Positions 39,616 to 53,170 of a stretch of DNA of 64,000 nt are shown piece by piece. Made by a program: the position numbers and the translations under genes. Below the pieces are notes generated by a model, which was not told where the DNA came from, made no database searches, and worked only from the letters and a program-made list of their open reading frames with translations. Origin of the DNA: the human T2T-CHM13v2.0 reference genome, Homo sapiens; NCBI RefSeq assembly GCF_009914755.1, contig NC_060931.1. The stretch is one strand, 5' to 3'. Each line of letters starts with the position of its first letter. Position 1 is the stretch's first letter.

Positions 39616-41117
39616 CCTGTATTGACTTTTGAATGTAAGTGATTTGGGAATTAGGCAGTTTAGGAGTAATTGTACCAGTGTTCCCCTCTGCTAGCTTGGA
39701 AGATGAAGAGCTGTTTTCATACCTGTGCATTGTGCTGGAAGAGGTATTTGCCTTTGGTTCAGTGCATACCTATAATACACATTGGGTCTTCTTTTGAGGA
39801 ACAGCTGCCTCCCCTGTACAAACAGCCTTTCTGAATGAAGGGGATCAGCCACCGTTGACCTGTGAGTTTGAAGTACTGCACTGTTAATGTTTGGGCAGGA
39901 TTTTTTTGAACATGTGGTTGTACCACAGAGTTACGCAAGCGAAATATTCTTGGAAATGACATTCTGCACAACCGTAGGGAGAAATATTGGGAAGCTGGCA
40001 AGAGAGTCAATTCTATCAGTGTTTATTGAGCACCTATAATGTGCATTTTGTGAATACTGGATGATGTGGATGAGAAAAGATGTAAGTCCTACTCAGGAGC
40101 CCTTCCTGCCACAGTACCTTCATTAGCATCTCCTGCCTATCAGTGCTTGAAATTCCTGGCTCATTTTTGATATATTTTATTTCTGATTTGAGGCATCGTG
40201 TCCTTTATTTTGATAAAATATTATCTAAATATTTTATATCACATAAATTATTAAAATAAAATATTATTTTTTGTTTGTTATGTATAGTCCCCTAACAAAG
40301 TTTGAACTTTTTGAGGTCAAGGATCATATATATATATATATACACACACACACTCATGTACAGAAGAAGTTCTTGAAAAATATTGGATAAGCAAATAAAT
40401 TTGTGGTATTCTTGGGGAATCTTGGATTAATAAATGGATAGCATCCCTCGGTTGTTGTATACCTATATTCAAAGGATCCATGACTCAATGATGGGGTAAG
40501 GAGGCTAAAAGAGGCAAAGTCAATGACTGAATTGAACATGGCATATCATCTCAAATTATACTGGGAAACAACATTATTGTCTACTTGTTAACCAAATATA
40601 TGCAGTTGATATCATTCAGGCCTTGCACAAGTTCCTTAGTGTATAATCTTGGTCCTTAGAATGAAGTGAGCAGCAGGTACATATTCAGAGACTCATAGTT
40701 TGATGGCATGGGAACTGTATCTTTGGAGATATAATAGAAAAAACTGTGCCTTATCTGATTAAAAATGATTTCCTAAAAAGTACTTGGATAATTCCTAATT
40801 GTCCCAGTTTTCATAAATGATTTGGAAAATGCTGTTTGAGACTGTGATTGTTAATATACTGTGGAAGCCTATTAACTTCTTTTTAGAATTCAAAAGCCTT
40901 TAATATATGGGGCAAGAGAACATGGATTGACAAATGGATAAGAGTAACTAACTTTATTGTAAATCACTGTTGATATTTGGTCCCTGCCTTTGTTCTTTTG
41001 TTTTACTTTCTTTCCTCATAGGACTCATTACCTTTTAACATATTAGTAAGACCGGGGGAATTTGTTCACTTTTTTCCTTGATGTATAACAAATCATATTG
41101 CTTAAGTTAAAGCTAAA

Positions 41118-41162
41118 GTAGATATTTAGGTTAAAAATTATGTAGATATTTAAGTTAAAAAT
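41118..41162. repeat. Tandem duplication with a 24-bp period
   Basis: gtagatattta[g/a]gttaaaaat twice (20/21). Confidence 0.8.
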
Positions 41163-41244
41163 GTGAATTGACTTAAGGAATAATATTAAGAGAACAATGT
41201 AGCAAAAATTGTCATATATATACATATCTGTGCGTATGTGTGTG

Positions 41245-41246
<2 letters not shown>

Positions 41247-41296
<50 letters not shown>
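41247..41296. repeat. (AT)25 microsatellite
   Basis: Uninterrupted AT run. Confidence 0.97.
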
Positions 41297-41300
<4 letters not shown>

Positions 41301-41503
41301 TCACGTTATATACAGACATACACACAGACATATGTAAGTACCAGGGATGAAACAAAAAAAAAAAATAAAACAACATGTGTTAAGTACTGTGTTAGTACTA
41401 AAGATGACAGAAAAAAGTACAACCCTAGATCCTTGGCCGGAGATGCTTACTTGTCTTACACTTCTTACAGTCCCCTCTTTACTACACGACAGGTTAACTT
41501 AAT

Positions 41504-43014
41504 CAGGACAGACTGTATAAGTTACAGGGCCCAGTGCAGAATGAAAGCATGGAGCCTGTTGTATAGAAAGTAGGACAAAGGTGCCATTAAAGGTGGTAAA
41601 ATATAAAATATTTTTCTTCTAGGGGATCTCTCTCAACTTTTTATGGTGTTTTAAATTAGCTGTTTAATGTTGCTTTAAGTGAGGAAAAATTCAAATTTTA
41701 AATTGCTAGCATGAATTTTACCATTCATGGTTCTGTTGTGCAATGCCAGTTTTAAATGCAGATATGAGAGCATTCAACTTGTATGTAGAATCACTGAATT
41801 TATACAGTTTATGTTATGCCTCATAGGCACATAATGTATTTTGTTTTTACCGCACAGTGGAAACACTGCATGAAATGAACTCAGAGGTTTTTATTTCACT
41901 TGTTGATATGCACACATTTAACCAACACTCTCTACCTTCAGATTACAATGAGTAAGGAAGGACTGAAAGGGACTGTCTTTCCCTTTCCTCCTGTGTCATT
42001 TTCAGTGTGATTGGCTAATACAGGGAAGTAATATGTGTAAGAAAAGGTATGTTAGGATTTCTTGCCATTCATGTTTGTTTTAGAACACTATTTCCAGCTT
42101 TCTGCCTTTAAATTGAAGTTTTGATTTGAAGGGAAAGTATAGGCTCCCAAGGTTGTCTGTCTTTCCTCTGGCTTCGTCGTAACCATAACACACTTATAGG
42201 GTAGTCCCCCCTTTATCCATGGGGAATACATTCCAAGACCCCTAGTGGATGCCGGAAACCACAGATAGTACTGGCCCCTGTATATACTATGCTTTTTCCT
42301 ATACGTACGTGGCTGTGATAAGTTTAATTAGGGACAGTAAGAGAGCTAACAACAATAACAGAGATTTAACAACAATAACTAAAACAACAGTTATTAACCA
42401 CAGTACTAAAAGCTATGTGAATGTGGTCTCTCTCTCAAAATATCTTACTGTACTCTACTCACCCTTTTTGTGATCTGTTGATCTGATAACTGATCTGAGA
42501 CGGCTACTAAGTGACTAATGGATGAGTAGCATCTATAGCGTGGACATGCTGGACAAAGGGATGATTCATGTTTGGGTGAGACAGAGCAGGACAGCACAGG
42601 GCCTCATGCTATTCATAATGCCTCAAAATTTAAAACTATGAGTTGCTTATTTCTGGAATTTTTCATTTAATATTTTCAGATTGTAGTTGACTATGGGTGA
42701 CTGAAATTGTGAAACTGGAGATAAGGGGGACTGCTGTACTCTGATTTTTACTGAACTGTCACATATTGCAGGCTCACTGGAGTTCTATGTTACTGGGACA
42801 TACAAACACTATGTGAATGGGGCAGCCAGGAATTCGCTCGCGCCTGTTGCGTGTATTTTTTCTACTCATGGACATGTTCCACTGTGTTATCCGACTTAAC
42901 TTACAAAACAAAGTTCAAAGATAAGATTATAGAGCATTAAACCAAGTGCCGAGCCCTTCTGAGTGCAGGGCCCTGAGCGATTGCACAGGTCACACACCCA
43001 TGAAGCTGGCTCTG
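41504..43014 (-). mobile_element. MER45-family (MER45B-size) hAT-Tip100 element, interrupted by MER44
   Basis: Termini caggacag...gggcccagtgcagaatgaaa and cccttctgagtgcagggccctg...cccatgaagctggctctg. 8-bp TSD aacttaat (41496-41503) and accttaat (43015-43022). Confidence 0.85.
42199..42736. mobile_element. MER44 / Tigger7-derived TcMar MITE
   Basis: Terminal inverted repeats gtagtcccccctttatcc and gataagggggactgctg, with TA on both sides. Confidence 0.88.
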
Positions 43015-43655
43015 ACCTTAATAGATAAGGAAGCACAGCAGAGACATAAGCTGGGCCTGATGCCCTGTGTTTTCACACTGAGGAAAGCATGAATTATCTC
43101 TTACGTTCCTTGTTTGAAACTCAGGCTTCAAAAGTAGGAAAGGTTAGAACATCAATCCATTGTGCCTTTCCACCTTTTATCTGTAACTTGCTGAAATGTT
43201 TTCTTCCTCCTCCTCCTTTTCTTGTCATGTTGGATATGTCCTTAATATATCAGTGTCAAGTGTTGTGTCTGAATGTGAACCTGAATTCTATTCTAAGTGC
43301 TGAAATTAAAACAGTGTTTCTCTGTTTAGTTTCTAATGTATTCGGGGTACTAGAGTATCTAAAACAGCATTTTAAGAGGCTTTAACATTTTTTGCCTTTT
43401 TTTCTCCCGAATTATACAAGTCATTTTTCTTTTTCTGATTTGTTGTCTCCTGAGAAAGTAGGCCTCCCTTTTTTTTTCTTGCATGTGGCAGATTAGTATC
43501 CTGTGGTCCATTGCAACCACTACAGTGGTTGGTAGGAAGTAGAACTTGTAGAAGGTGCAGTTAAAACTACTATTAAAGTAGCAGGGAACCTTCTTTGCCC
43601 TCTCAGATGAGGACCAGGAAGTTGACTTTCACATTTGAGGTGGCACTTGATGTAG

Positions 43656-43967
<312 letters not shown>

Positions 43968-44156
43968 TAATCAAGTGGTTATCATCTGCTAATACTTTGA
44001 GGAAAAAAGATTAATGTTCCAGGATTTATAAGTTCAGAGAACTAGCTTAACAGAGTGCAGTGCTTCACAGATCTGTCTGGCTGTGGAATCAGATTGACTT
44101 TAGGTTGCTGTGGTAGCTCTGCAGCATAGGAGCTGGGAAATTTAGTAACCTTACTT

Positions 44157-44302
44157 GGTGGTTCTCAGCCCTTATTGGTATGGTTAAGGAACTTTGAATA
44201 AACACCTGTAGAGATTTGAATTTAGTTGCCGTTGGGTGGGGCTCAGGCTTTTTTTTTTTTTTTTTGCATCCCAGAGTTAGCAGTCAGGGTTGAGAACACT
44301 AG
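44157..44302. mobile_element. MER5-like remnant
   Basis: gtggttctcagccc...tgggtggggctcaggc...cagggttgagaacact. Confidence 0.55.
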
Positions 44303-44939
44303 CTTATCTCAGAACATCAATATTCTCATTTATAAGATGAGAGAATTAGACTGTATGAGATCGTCGTGAGATCTAGGCAGATGAACACAGCACTTGGCCA
44401 GTCAATGTGAGTGACTGTTATCGTTAACCACCCTTACTGATTCTTTGCTGAGATTGGAAGCTAGATTGGCATTCATTTCTTAAGCTGGAAACCTGTGCTG
44501 ATTTGTTAGAAATGCTGCAAGGAACAGAAATGATTATCTATCCTAAGGGAATGACTCAGATCTTGTTAGAATACCATGCCCAACTTCTCACCTCCCAGAA
44601 GAGTGTGTCACAGAATAGCTGGAATTACACCTACTTTATGTATGAAGATTATCCCTGGAATAGATACATCTTTGAGGAAGAAGTTGATTTATTCATTTGT
44701 GTAATGTTTATTGATACTTAATACCTATCAGCACTTCTAGACTGTGGCCTGGAGGAATCCATAGATTGGTAATTGGTTGGAAAAGTGAATGTAAATTATA
44801 ACACAGAAGAACAAGTGTTTTGTTAAGGATAATGGAAACTTTAAAGCTAAGTAGAAGATAGCCAAGCTGAGAGGCCTGGGTGGGCTAGGGAAGAAGGTTA
44901 TTACTGGCAGAGGAAGTTGCAGTTTTAAAGAGACTTAGA

Positions 44940-45065
44940 GGCTGGACACAGTGGGCTCATGCCTGTAATCTCAGCAATTTGGGAGACCAGGGCAGGAGGA
45001 TCACATGAGCCCAGGAGTTTAAGAGCAGCCTTGGCAACATAGTGAGACCGTGTGTCAAAAAAAAA
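44940..45065 (+). mobile_element. FLAM / Alu left monomer
   Basis: ggctggacacagtgggctcatgcctgtaatc...ggcaacatagtgagacc plus A-tail. Confidence 0.9.
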
Positions 45066-45079
45066 GAACAAGAGACGTG

Positions 45080-45786
<707 letters not shown>

Positions 45787-46914
45787 TAGGATGTACATCT
45801 GTCAACTCGTGATGCCTCCCTGAACCTTCGATGATTATCTATTGACTATAATCTACCCCCAACCCTTTTTTTTTTTCCATTTTCATCTTTCACTGAATTC
45901 CTCTGTGGATCCATTGATCACGCTTTGCATATTTATTCCTTCTCCCCCAACCCCATTCTTCCTGGATGAGCTTTTTGCTCTCTTTTAAACCATTGCACTT
46001 GACTGTCTAGGCATTTGCCAGTATATCAAATAAGTATGTATTTGAAAGTCTAGGTGAGCCTTTCTTAAATACTGGATGCTCAGTCTAAGGTATCCATTGT
46101 GTTTATGGAATTACTTTCTCTCCTGTGTATCTAAATGGTACTAGTTTGATACTTTTCTGAAGATAATTGAGAAAAAGTAACTTTGATCTTTTTTTCTTCT
46201 GTGGTTCAGAAGAGAAATTATTTGTTTCTTGCTCCTATCTGAGCCAGATTGCAAATTTAGTGCTAAGATTTCTGGCATTAAGAGGATTATTATTATTATT
46301 GTTAAATTGATTGTCTCATTAGATTACCAACATGAGGCTCATGGGACTTAAAAGATTTATGCCCATATCCTGGTTCCATTTTTGTGTAGAGCCTGTGGGA
46401 TGAAAATGGCTCACAGGTCTGTTTGTGACACAAGTAGCTTGATAGATGGCCTATGGTTCATGTGTAGAAAATGTTGGCGACTATAGATTTATTTTAGTAT
46501 CATTTTAGGAAGCACAAAAGTGGTGTCCCAATTGAACCTTATGGAGAGAGCATCATTACTTTCCATCACAGGTTCAGACTTTGGGACCCCAGGGCTCTGG
46601 AAATGGAACTCTTTGAAGAGGTCAGAGCCTCTATGCACCCTCTCAGTCAACTCAACTGCATGTAGAGGAGGGAAAGAATGTTGTTATTATTCTTAATATT
46701 CTTATAGTAGCGTCTAATAGTACATTAGTAAATAGTTATTCACAAATGGTTGTTCCTATTGCTTAGCAATTTCTGATTTCAGATTTGTGTTTTGGATATA
46801 TGTGCATACTGACCTTCTGCCTTTTAATAAATCTAGAATTCATTTGATAGTACAAATTAACAAAACCAGTTGTAATAAAAATATTGAATTTTAACTTTAA
46901 AAAATATGCAGTGT

Positions 46915-47160
46915 GGCCAGGTGTGGTGGCTCATATCTGTAATCCCAGCACTTTGGGAGGCCGAGGTGGGCAGTTCACGCGGTCAGGAGATCGAGACCAT
47001 CCTAACGAACACGGTGAAACCCCGTCTCTACTAAAAATACAAAAAAATTAGCTGGGTGTGGTGGCGTGCGCCTGTACCTCGGGAGGCAGAGGTTGCAGTG
47101 AGCTGAGACTGTGCCGCTGCACTCCAGCCTGGGTGATGGAGCGAGACTCTGTCTCAAAAA

Positions 47161-47178
<18 letters not shown>
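46915..47178 (+). mobile_element. Alu (Sc/Y-lineage diagnostics) with a right-arm deletion
   Basis: gtcaggagatcgagaccatcct...aacacggtgaaacc. Junction gcctgtacctcgggaggcagagg. Confidence 0.93.
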
Positions 47179-47224
<46 letters not shown>

Positions 47225-47312
47225 ATATGTATTATATATACATAATGTATTTTATATTTATATATATTTTGAGATATATATAAAATACATTATATATATA
47301 CATAAAATATTT

Positions 47313-47366
<54 letters not shown>
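47179..47366. repeat. Compound (TA)n / AT-rich palindromic repeat in the Alu tail
   Basis: Two (TA)n blocks flank a 16-bp inverted repeat (47242-47257 and 47278-47293). Confidence 0.93.
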
Positions 47367-47370
<4 letters not shown>

Positions 47371-48275
47371 CAGTGTTCATATAACAAATTTCTTTTGAGA
47401 GCTACCAAGGACCAGACTTGGTGCTGTGGGATATTTGATAGGTGTGAGACAGTCTTTTCCTCAGAGGGTTTGTATCCTAGGAGTAGGGATAATGATAACT
47501 GCATAAGCCACCTGATTGATCTGGAATTGGATGCAACTTTTACTACAGGAATTGACATAAGGATTTAGACCCTTTTCCAGTACATTGACCTAGTAGTATT
47601 AACAGGACTGTGGCAACTTTGAACTTCCCTAATGAGAAAAACATGTGTTGGTGAGCAGGTATTATCACATCTTCCCTTGCTTTTCTGTTTAAATACAGTA
47701 TCCTATTCAGATAGGCAAATCTCTGATGTTTTGTTGAGTGAAGTCTATGGGCCAGATCACATAATAGATGATGTGTTTGTTGGTTGCCCACTGATTAGCT
47801 TGGGACTTGTTACCTAGAGGTCCATGGCCCTTCTGAAGTCTTCATTATGTTGTTAGTTTCCCAAAATGATCCGCTGACACTTGTTCTAAATATGGTTTAT
47901 TTTTTGCAGCTTAATGATTTACTTATTTGCCAAATACTGGGATTTGGTTTCAGAGAGCATCCTTTTCTACCTCCTTGGGTATATAGGCCTTGATTTATAA
48001 TGTCTAGTTACTCTGTCAATGAATCAGTTAGTGACCATTTTGAGTGTTAAGAGCTTTGAGTAAAGAAGTGTGTGAAAAGCCTTCTGCCACCAGGAAGCTT
48101 GCTTCCCTGTGCCTAGTCTAAACCAAAAGTCTTCAAACTTTTTTGATTGTGAACCCCAGTTGGACAAATCACTTAGAGTAAGCACCTCATTTTAAAGTTT
48201 TATATTTATACTACTGTACTAATATATAGATCAGAAACATACCGAATTAGAAAGTAATAAAGAATGAGATGCATA

Positions 48276-48568
48276 TTTATTTATTTACTTAAACTTTTAT
48301 TTTAGATTCAAGGGATACACATGCAGGGGTGTTACCTGAGTATACTGGGTGATGCTGAGGCTTGGGGTATGAATGACCCCGTCACCCAGGTACTAAGCAT
48401 AGTACCTGGCAGTTTTTCAACTCTTGCCTCCTCCCTCCCACTTCTGATAGTCCCCAGTGTCTTTTGTTGCCGTCTTTATTTCTATGAGTACCTAGTGTTT
48501 AGTTCCCACTTACGGGTGAGAACATGCAGTATTTGGTTTTCCTGTTACTGTGGTAATTCGCTTAGGAG
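48276..48568 (-). mobile_element. L1PA15/16-like 3' end
   Basis: ggtgatgctgaggcttggggtatgaatgaccccgtcacccaggtactaagcatagtacc and cccacttacgggtgagaacatgcagtatttgg. Confidence 0.85.
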
Positions 48569-49937
48569 AAAAACACATTTAAATAGACATTATAATGCAG
48601 TCTTACCCCTCAGTGGAACATCCTACAGACCACTGGTGTAGACAGAAAGTGCTAGAGGGGTGCTTGGGAGAGAGAAATCATCCCTGAGGCACGTAGTGAA
48701 GAATGAGTTGTGTGCAGGACATCACCAGAGTCATGGCAGGCCGTGGAGAAGATATAGTTGGTACCATCTTTTGGTGTAAGCAGCAGGGAGCCATGGATCT
48801 TCCTAGGAGGAGCCACAAGGTAGAAGTGGCCATGCCATAGATGCCTGCATAGCATAGTGGGCTGGGGTAGACGGTGGGGGGCATGTGTGTAAAGAGAGAA
48901 TGTGAGGGAGACAGGTTGGTATCCTAATCCTAATCCCACAGCAGAATAGAAAGGCAAAGAGGATGGTGGTGGCAGGTAGGGTGAGGAGGTAGTGAATATG
49001 TGGACATTTCCTGCATGACCAGAACTGCTAAGGAGGAAGTGAGTCTTGAAGTCTGCTGGACAAACAATGGTTTGTAGTAGGAGAACCCTAAGGTGGAGGG
49101 AGCGGGGAGGGGAAGGACTGGCCACATCCCAAAACCTTATTATGTCCAATTTTACTGCAGCTGTTTTATGACTGCAACATTTTTGTTCAGGAAATCGTTT
49201 ATTTACCCCCACACCTTTTCTTTTAGACTAAATGACAAGAACCAGTGCTCACATCCAGGGTCAAAGCTAATCTTTGAGGAGGTGGAAAACGCCTCCTTGT
49301 TTCATTGTCTCTCTTGAAAGTGGTGTCTCCCTTTCACTCTCCTGCAGGAGAGAGATGTCCAGGTACTGCCTAAGCAGCCCCAGTGAAAACGGATGGTTCT
49401 TGAGGCTTCCAGAGGTCAATCTGGCATAAGAAGTAAAGAAGAAGCCACATGACTCGGAGAGGCAGAATTTCTTTCCTTGGACAGGATAGAGCTTTTAATT
49501 GAATCCAAATCACATCTCTCATCCTGTGAATGCTGGAGAGCAGTACATTTTTAACTAGGAAGAGCATCAATTATGTATTAGCCACGATACTAATTTACCC
49601 TGAGTGTGTGTCTTAGAGCTGGCTTTCATCTCTGCATAGCCACTGATGTAATGCCATTGTGTTTCTATACTCAACCAGTCGCTCTTAAGATAGGGTGTCC
49701 TGCTATTGAAAAGAGTAGAAAGTAGGGATTGCTATTGCTGAGGCTCTTTCTGTGTTCTTACAGCTGAGGGCCCTTTGGGATACCACCTTAGGGTGGGAGA
49801 GCTGTTCACTCACCGTTGTGCTTTGAGATGCAGACTGGGGCTTGTCCTTTTACTCTGATGCTGCTGCTTTATCAGTTATTTGGTATTATTGTGTTCCAGG
49901 ATAAATCTCTGGAACCCTCAGTTATAGATATTTGAGA

Positions 49938-49942
<5 letters not shown>

Positions 49943-49978
<36 letters not shown>

Positions 49979-50267
49979 AGACAGGGTCTTGCTCTGTCGC
50001 CCAGGCTGGAGTGCGGTGGCACGATCTCAGCTCACTGCAGCTTCCCTCCATCCTGGGCTCAAGTCATCCTCCCACTTCATCATCCCAAGTAGCTGGGACT
50101 ACAGGCATGTGCCACCATGCCCGGCTATTTTTTTTTTCTTTTTTTTTTGTAGAGACGGGATTTTGCCATGTTGCCCAGGCTGATCCTGACCTCCTGGGCT
50201 CAAGTCATCCACTCACCTCAGCCTCCCAAAGTGGTGGGATTGCAGGCGCGAGCCACTGTGCCCAGCC
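49943..50267 (-). mobile_element. AluJ with a (CA)n-converted tail; (TG)n at 49943-49975
   Basis: gagacagggtcttgctctgtcgcccagg and ctgggctcaagtcatcctccc (J-type). Confidence 0.93.
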
Positions 50268-50384
50268 TGAGATTTTGAACATTTGCCTCCAGAAAATGTA
50301 GGCAGTTTCTGTGGCTGCTTATTTCCTCGCCAGTAATATATTTTGCTTGTTCCTAGAGTACTAAATGTAATGATGACCAAAGTG

Positions 50385-50530
50385 GACTGAGCATTTCCTA
50401 GATCTTGACACTCTTCTAAGCACATTATATATATTAACTTATTAAATTCTCACAAAAATCCTATGAGGTAAATACTATTATCATCCCTATGTTACAGATG
50501 AGGAAAATGTTAAATAACTTACCTAGTGAG
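50385..50530 (-). mobile_element. MIR
   Basis: ctcacaaaaatcctatgaggtaaatactattatcatccctatgttacagatgaggaaa. Confidence 0.8.
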
Positions 50531-50620
50531 TGTAGCATAGGCTCTGGTGTAAAAAGCTGATTCAAACACCTGCCTTGCCACTGTGAATCACGGCCCTCAG
50601 TCCTTTCCTGTGAAAAATTG

Positions 50621-50791
50621 ATTTTTATTTTTTTTGAGACAAGGTCTTACCCTGTCACTCAGGCTGGAGTGCAGTGGTGTGATCATAGGTTGCTGCAGCC
50701 TTGACTTCCCAGGCTTAGACAATTCTACCATGTCAGCATCCTGAGTACCTTTTAATTTTTTAGAGAGATGGGATTTCCCTATGTTGCCCAG
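50621..50791 (-). mobile_element. Degenerate AluJ fragment interrupted by an MST LTR
   Basis: gagacaaggtcttaccctgtcactcaggctggagtgcagtggtgtgatcata...ctatgttgcccag. Confidence 0.85.
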
Positions 50792-51175
50792 TGTATTAGT
50801 CCATTCTTGCACTGCTACAAAGAACTAACTGAGACTGGGTAACTTATAAAGAAAAGAGGTTTAATTGTCTCATGGTTCTGCAGGCTGTACAAGAAGCATG
50901 GTTGGGGAGGCTTCAGGAAATCTTCATTCATGGTGGAAGGTGAAGGGGAAGCAGGCACATCTTACGTGGCCTGGGCAGGAGGAAGAAAGTGGGGGTGGGG
51001 GTGCCACACACTTTTAAACAACTAGATCTCGTGAGAGCTCACTCAGTATCATGAGAACAGCAAGGGGGAAATCCGTCCCCATCATCCAGTCACCTCTCAC
51101 CAGGCCTTACTTCCAATACTGGGGATTACAATTCAACATGAGATTTTGATGGGGACACAAAGCCAAACCATATCA
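50792..51175 (-). mobile_element. MaLR solo LTR (MSTA-like)
   Basis: tgtattagtcc through ccaaaccatatca. Perfect 5-bp TSD cccag at 50787-50791 and 51176-51180. Confidence 0.93.
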
Positions 51176-52687
51176 CCCAGCTGGGAAAATGGATTGTTAA
51201 TAGTACCTGCATACAGAATTGTGGTGGGCATGTGATTTTGGCAGGTGATAAGCTCTTCATTAGCATTCACTACCACAGTGAACACCACCATCCTCCTCCT
51301 CATCATCATAATTATCTATCCAGAGGATCATGTGAGATGCTTCAAACCCCTGACTAAGGCAATCTCAAAGGATAATTTGCCTCAGGTGTCAGAATTGTTT
51401 AGCTGTACTTGCCTTTCCTTGCAAATATAATGGCAGAAAAAGAGGAAAATTTAGACATTTTGAGCCTTTTCGAAGCGGGAAATCAGGTAAGATATTTTCA
51501 GATAGATAATTTGTTTTCTCCTTGTGCTCTTATCACTTCCTTCCTCTTTCTCTCCCACCTCTGAGAACCCTGGATGAGGGTAGATGAAGTAGAGGAGAGG
51601 GTGGTGACAATGGTGGTAAAAGAAAAAGTAACCACCAAACATGTACAGAACCACTCCAGCATTTAATTAAAGCCTGCAGCCCTTTGTCAGCCAGAAGCTC
51701 CTCTCATGGTGAGAGAGGCAGAGAGCCTTGTCACTGTCTCTAGAATTATTTGTATAATTCAGCAGCTGTTTCCCTCAGATGCCTACCACACGAGGTTGGA
51801 TTATAAAGACGTATGAGTAGAATCGCCAAGGTTCAGACACTTGTGTTCACTGTTGAGCTGAGAGCCACTTAGGCTGTTCTTGTACAAATGCATTAGATTA
51901 TGGTTAAGCAGCTTATGGACATAAAAACACATTAGAACTTTACAGCACTCTATAAATTATAGTTTTTGCAGCATTCACAGCCACAATGCTAGGTAATTAC
52001 ATTCATTAATCTACTAGTAAGAGCACATAAAGTTGCCTCCCAAACCTTACTGTATGTGTCAGTACTCAGCTGGGAAGGAGAGTTTTTTTCCTCTCCTTTT
52101 TCCCCGTCTTTCCCTGTTCCATTAAGCCTTGTGTGGGAAGATTTTTGATGTTACATTGAGGTGTTCCCTAAAAGAATCCAATAAACCCATTTTTTTTTTT
52201 TAATGGTTAGGCTCTGGCAGGAGGCCTTGTAGGTAATATTTTCATGTTGAGCTGCACCTAGTAACTATTTTTGTATGCATTTATTTTCTTTTTGGAAATG
52301 GACAGATGTCTCATTTGGAAAGCCAGCAAGTTAAAGCAGTTGAAAAGAGATTAATGATAGAATCAGTGGTAAATGCTTTTTCAGGACTTCTTTTTGCCTC
52401 TCTCTGGTAGCAGTTAACATGATGGTCCTTTTAATTTTGGATCTATCAGGAGTACAAAGTATTGCTCTCTTCCCATGCCAAACTTTCCTAAAGTTTCCAT
52501 CTTTCCATATGGTGATAGGAAATGCCTCCCCCCACAGCCCTGTCTCAGAACTTTCTCTTATTTGCATGTCTCATAAATTACAGAAGGCAGATTTAGGAAG
52601 AAATGCTGGAACTTTATATGGTGCTAGTATTTCAAGGAGCAAATTGTACTTTCTTCGCATTATTTCTCAGGTTAAATAGACCAAGTG

Positions 52688-52994
52688 GACCAGGCGTGGT
52701 GGCTCACACCTGTAATCCCAACACTTTGGGAGGCCGAGGTGGGTGGATCACATGAGGTCAGGAATTTGAGACCAGCCTGCCAACATGGTGAAACCTCATC
52801 TCTACTAAAAATACAAAATTAGCTGGGAGTGGTGGTGCACGCCTGTAACCCCAGCTACTCAGGAGGCTGAGGCAGGAGAATCGCTTGAAACTGGGAGACG
52901 GAAGTTGTAGTGAGCTGAAATCAGGCCACTGCACTCCAGCCTGGGCAACAAGAGCGAAACTCTGTCTCAAAAAAAAAAAAAAAAAAAAAAAAAA
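52688..52994 (+). mobile_element. AluS (Sq/Sp-like), full length
   Basis: Contains ggcaacaagagcgaaactc. TSD agaccaagtg at 52678-52687 and 52995-53004. Confidence 0.96.
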
Positions 52995-53007
52995 AGACCA
53001 AGTGATA

Positions 53008-53170
53008 GGCTGGGCGTGCTGGCTCATGCCTGTAATCCCAGCACTTTGGGAGGCTGAGGTGAAAGAATTGATTGCTTGCTCAGGAGTTTGAGACCAGCCT
53101 GGGCAACATAATGAGACCCCATCTCAATGTAATAAATAAGTAAATAATTTTTTTAAAAAGTGAAAAGAAA
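53008..53170 (+). mobile_element. FLAM / Alu left monomer with A-rich tail
   Basis: ggctgggcgtgctggctcatgcc...gagaccccatctc. A downstream copy of the target, aaataggccaagtaata, lies at 53171-53187. Confidence 0.9.

Noticed and set aside
48652-49212. 186-aa minus-strand ORF as a CDS
   Set aside because: No recognisable domain, opposite to the inferred transcription direction, and a length attainable by chance in 64 kb.
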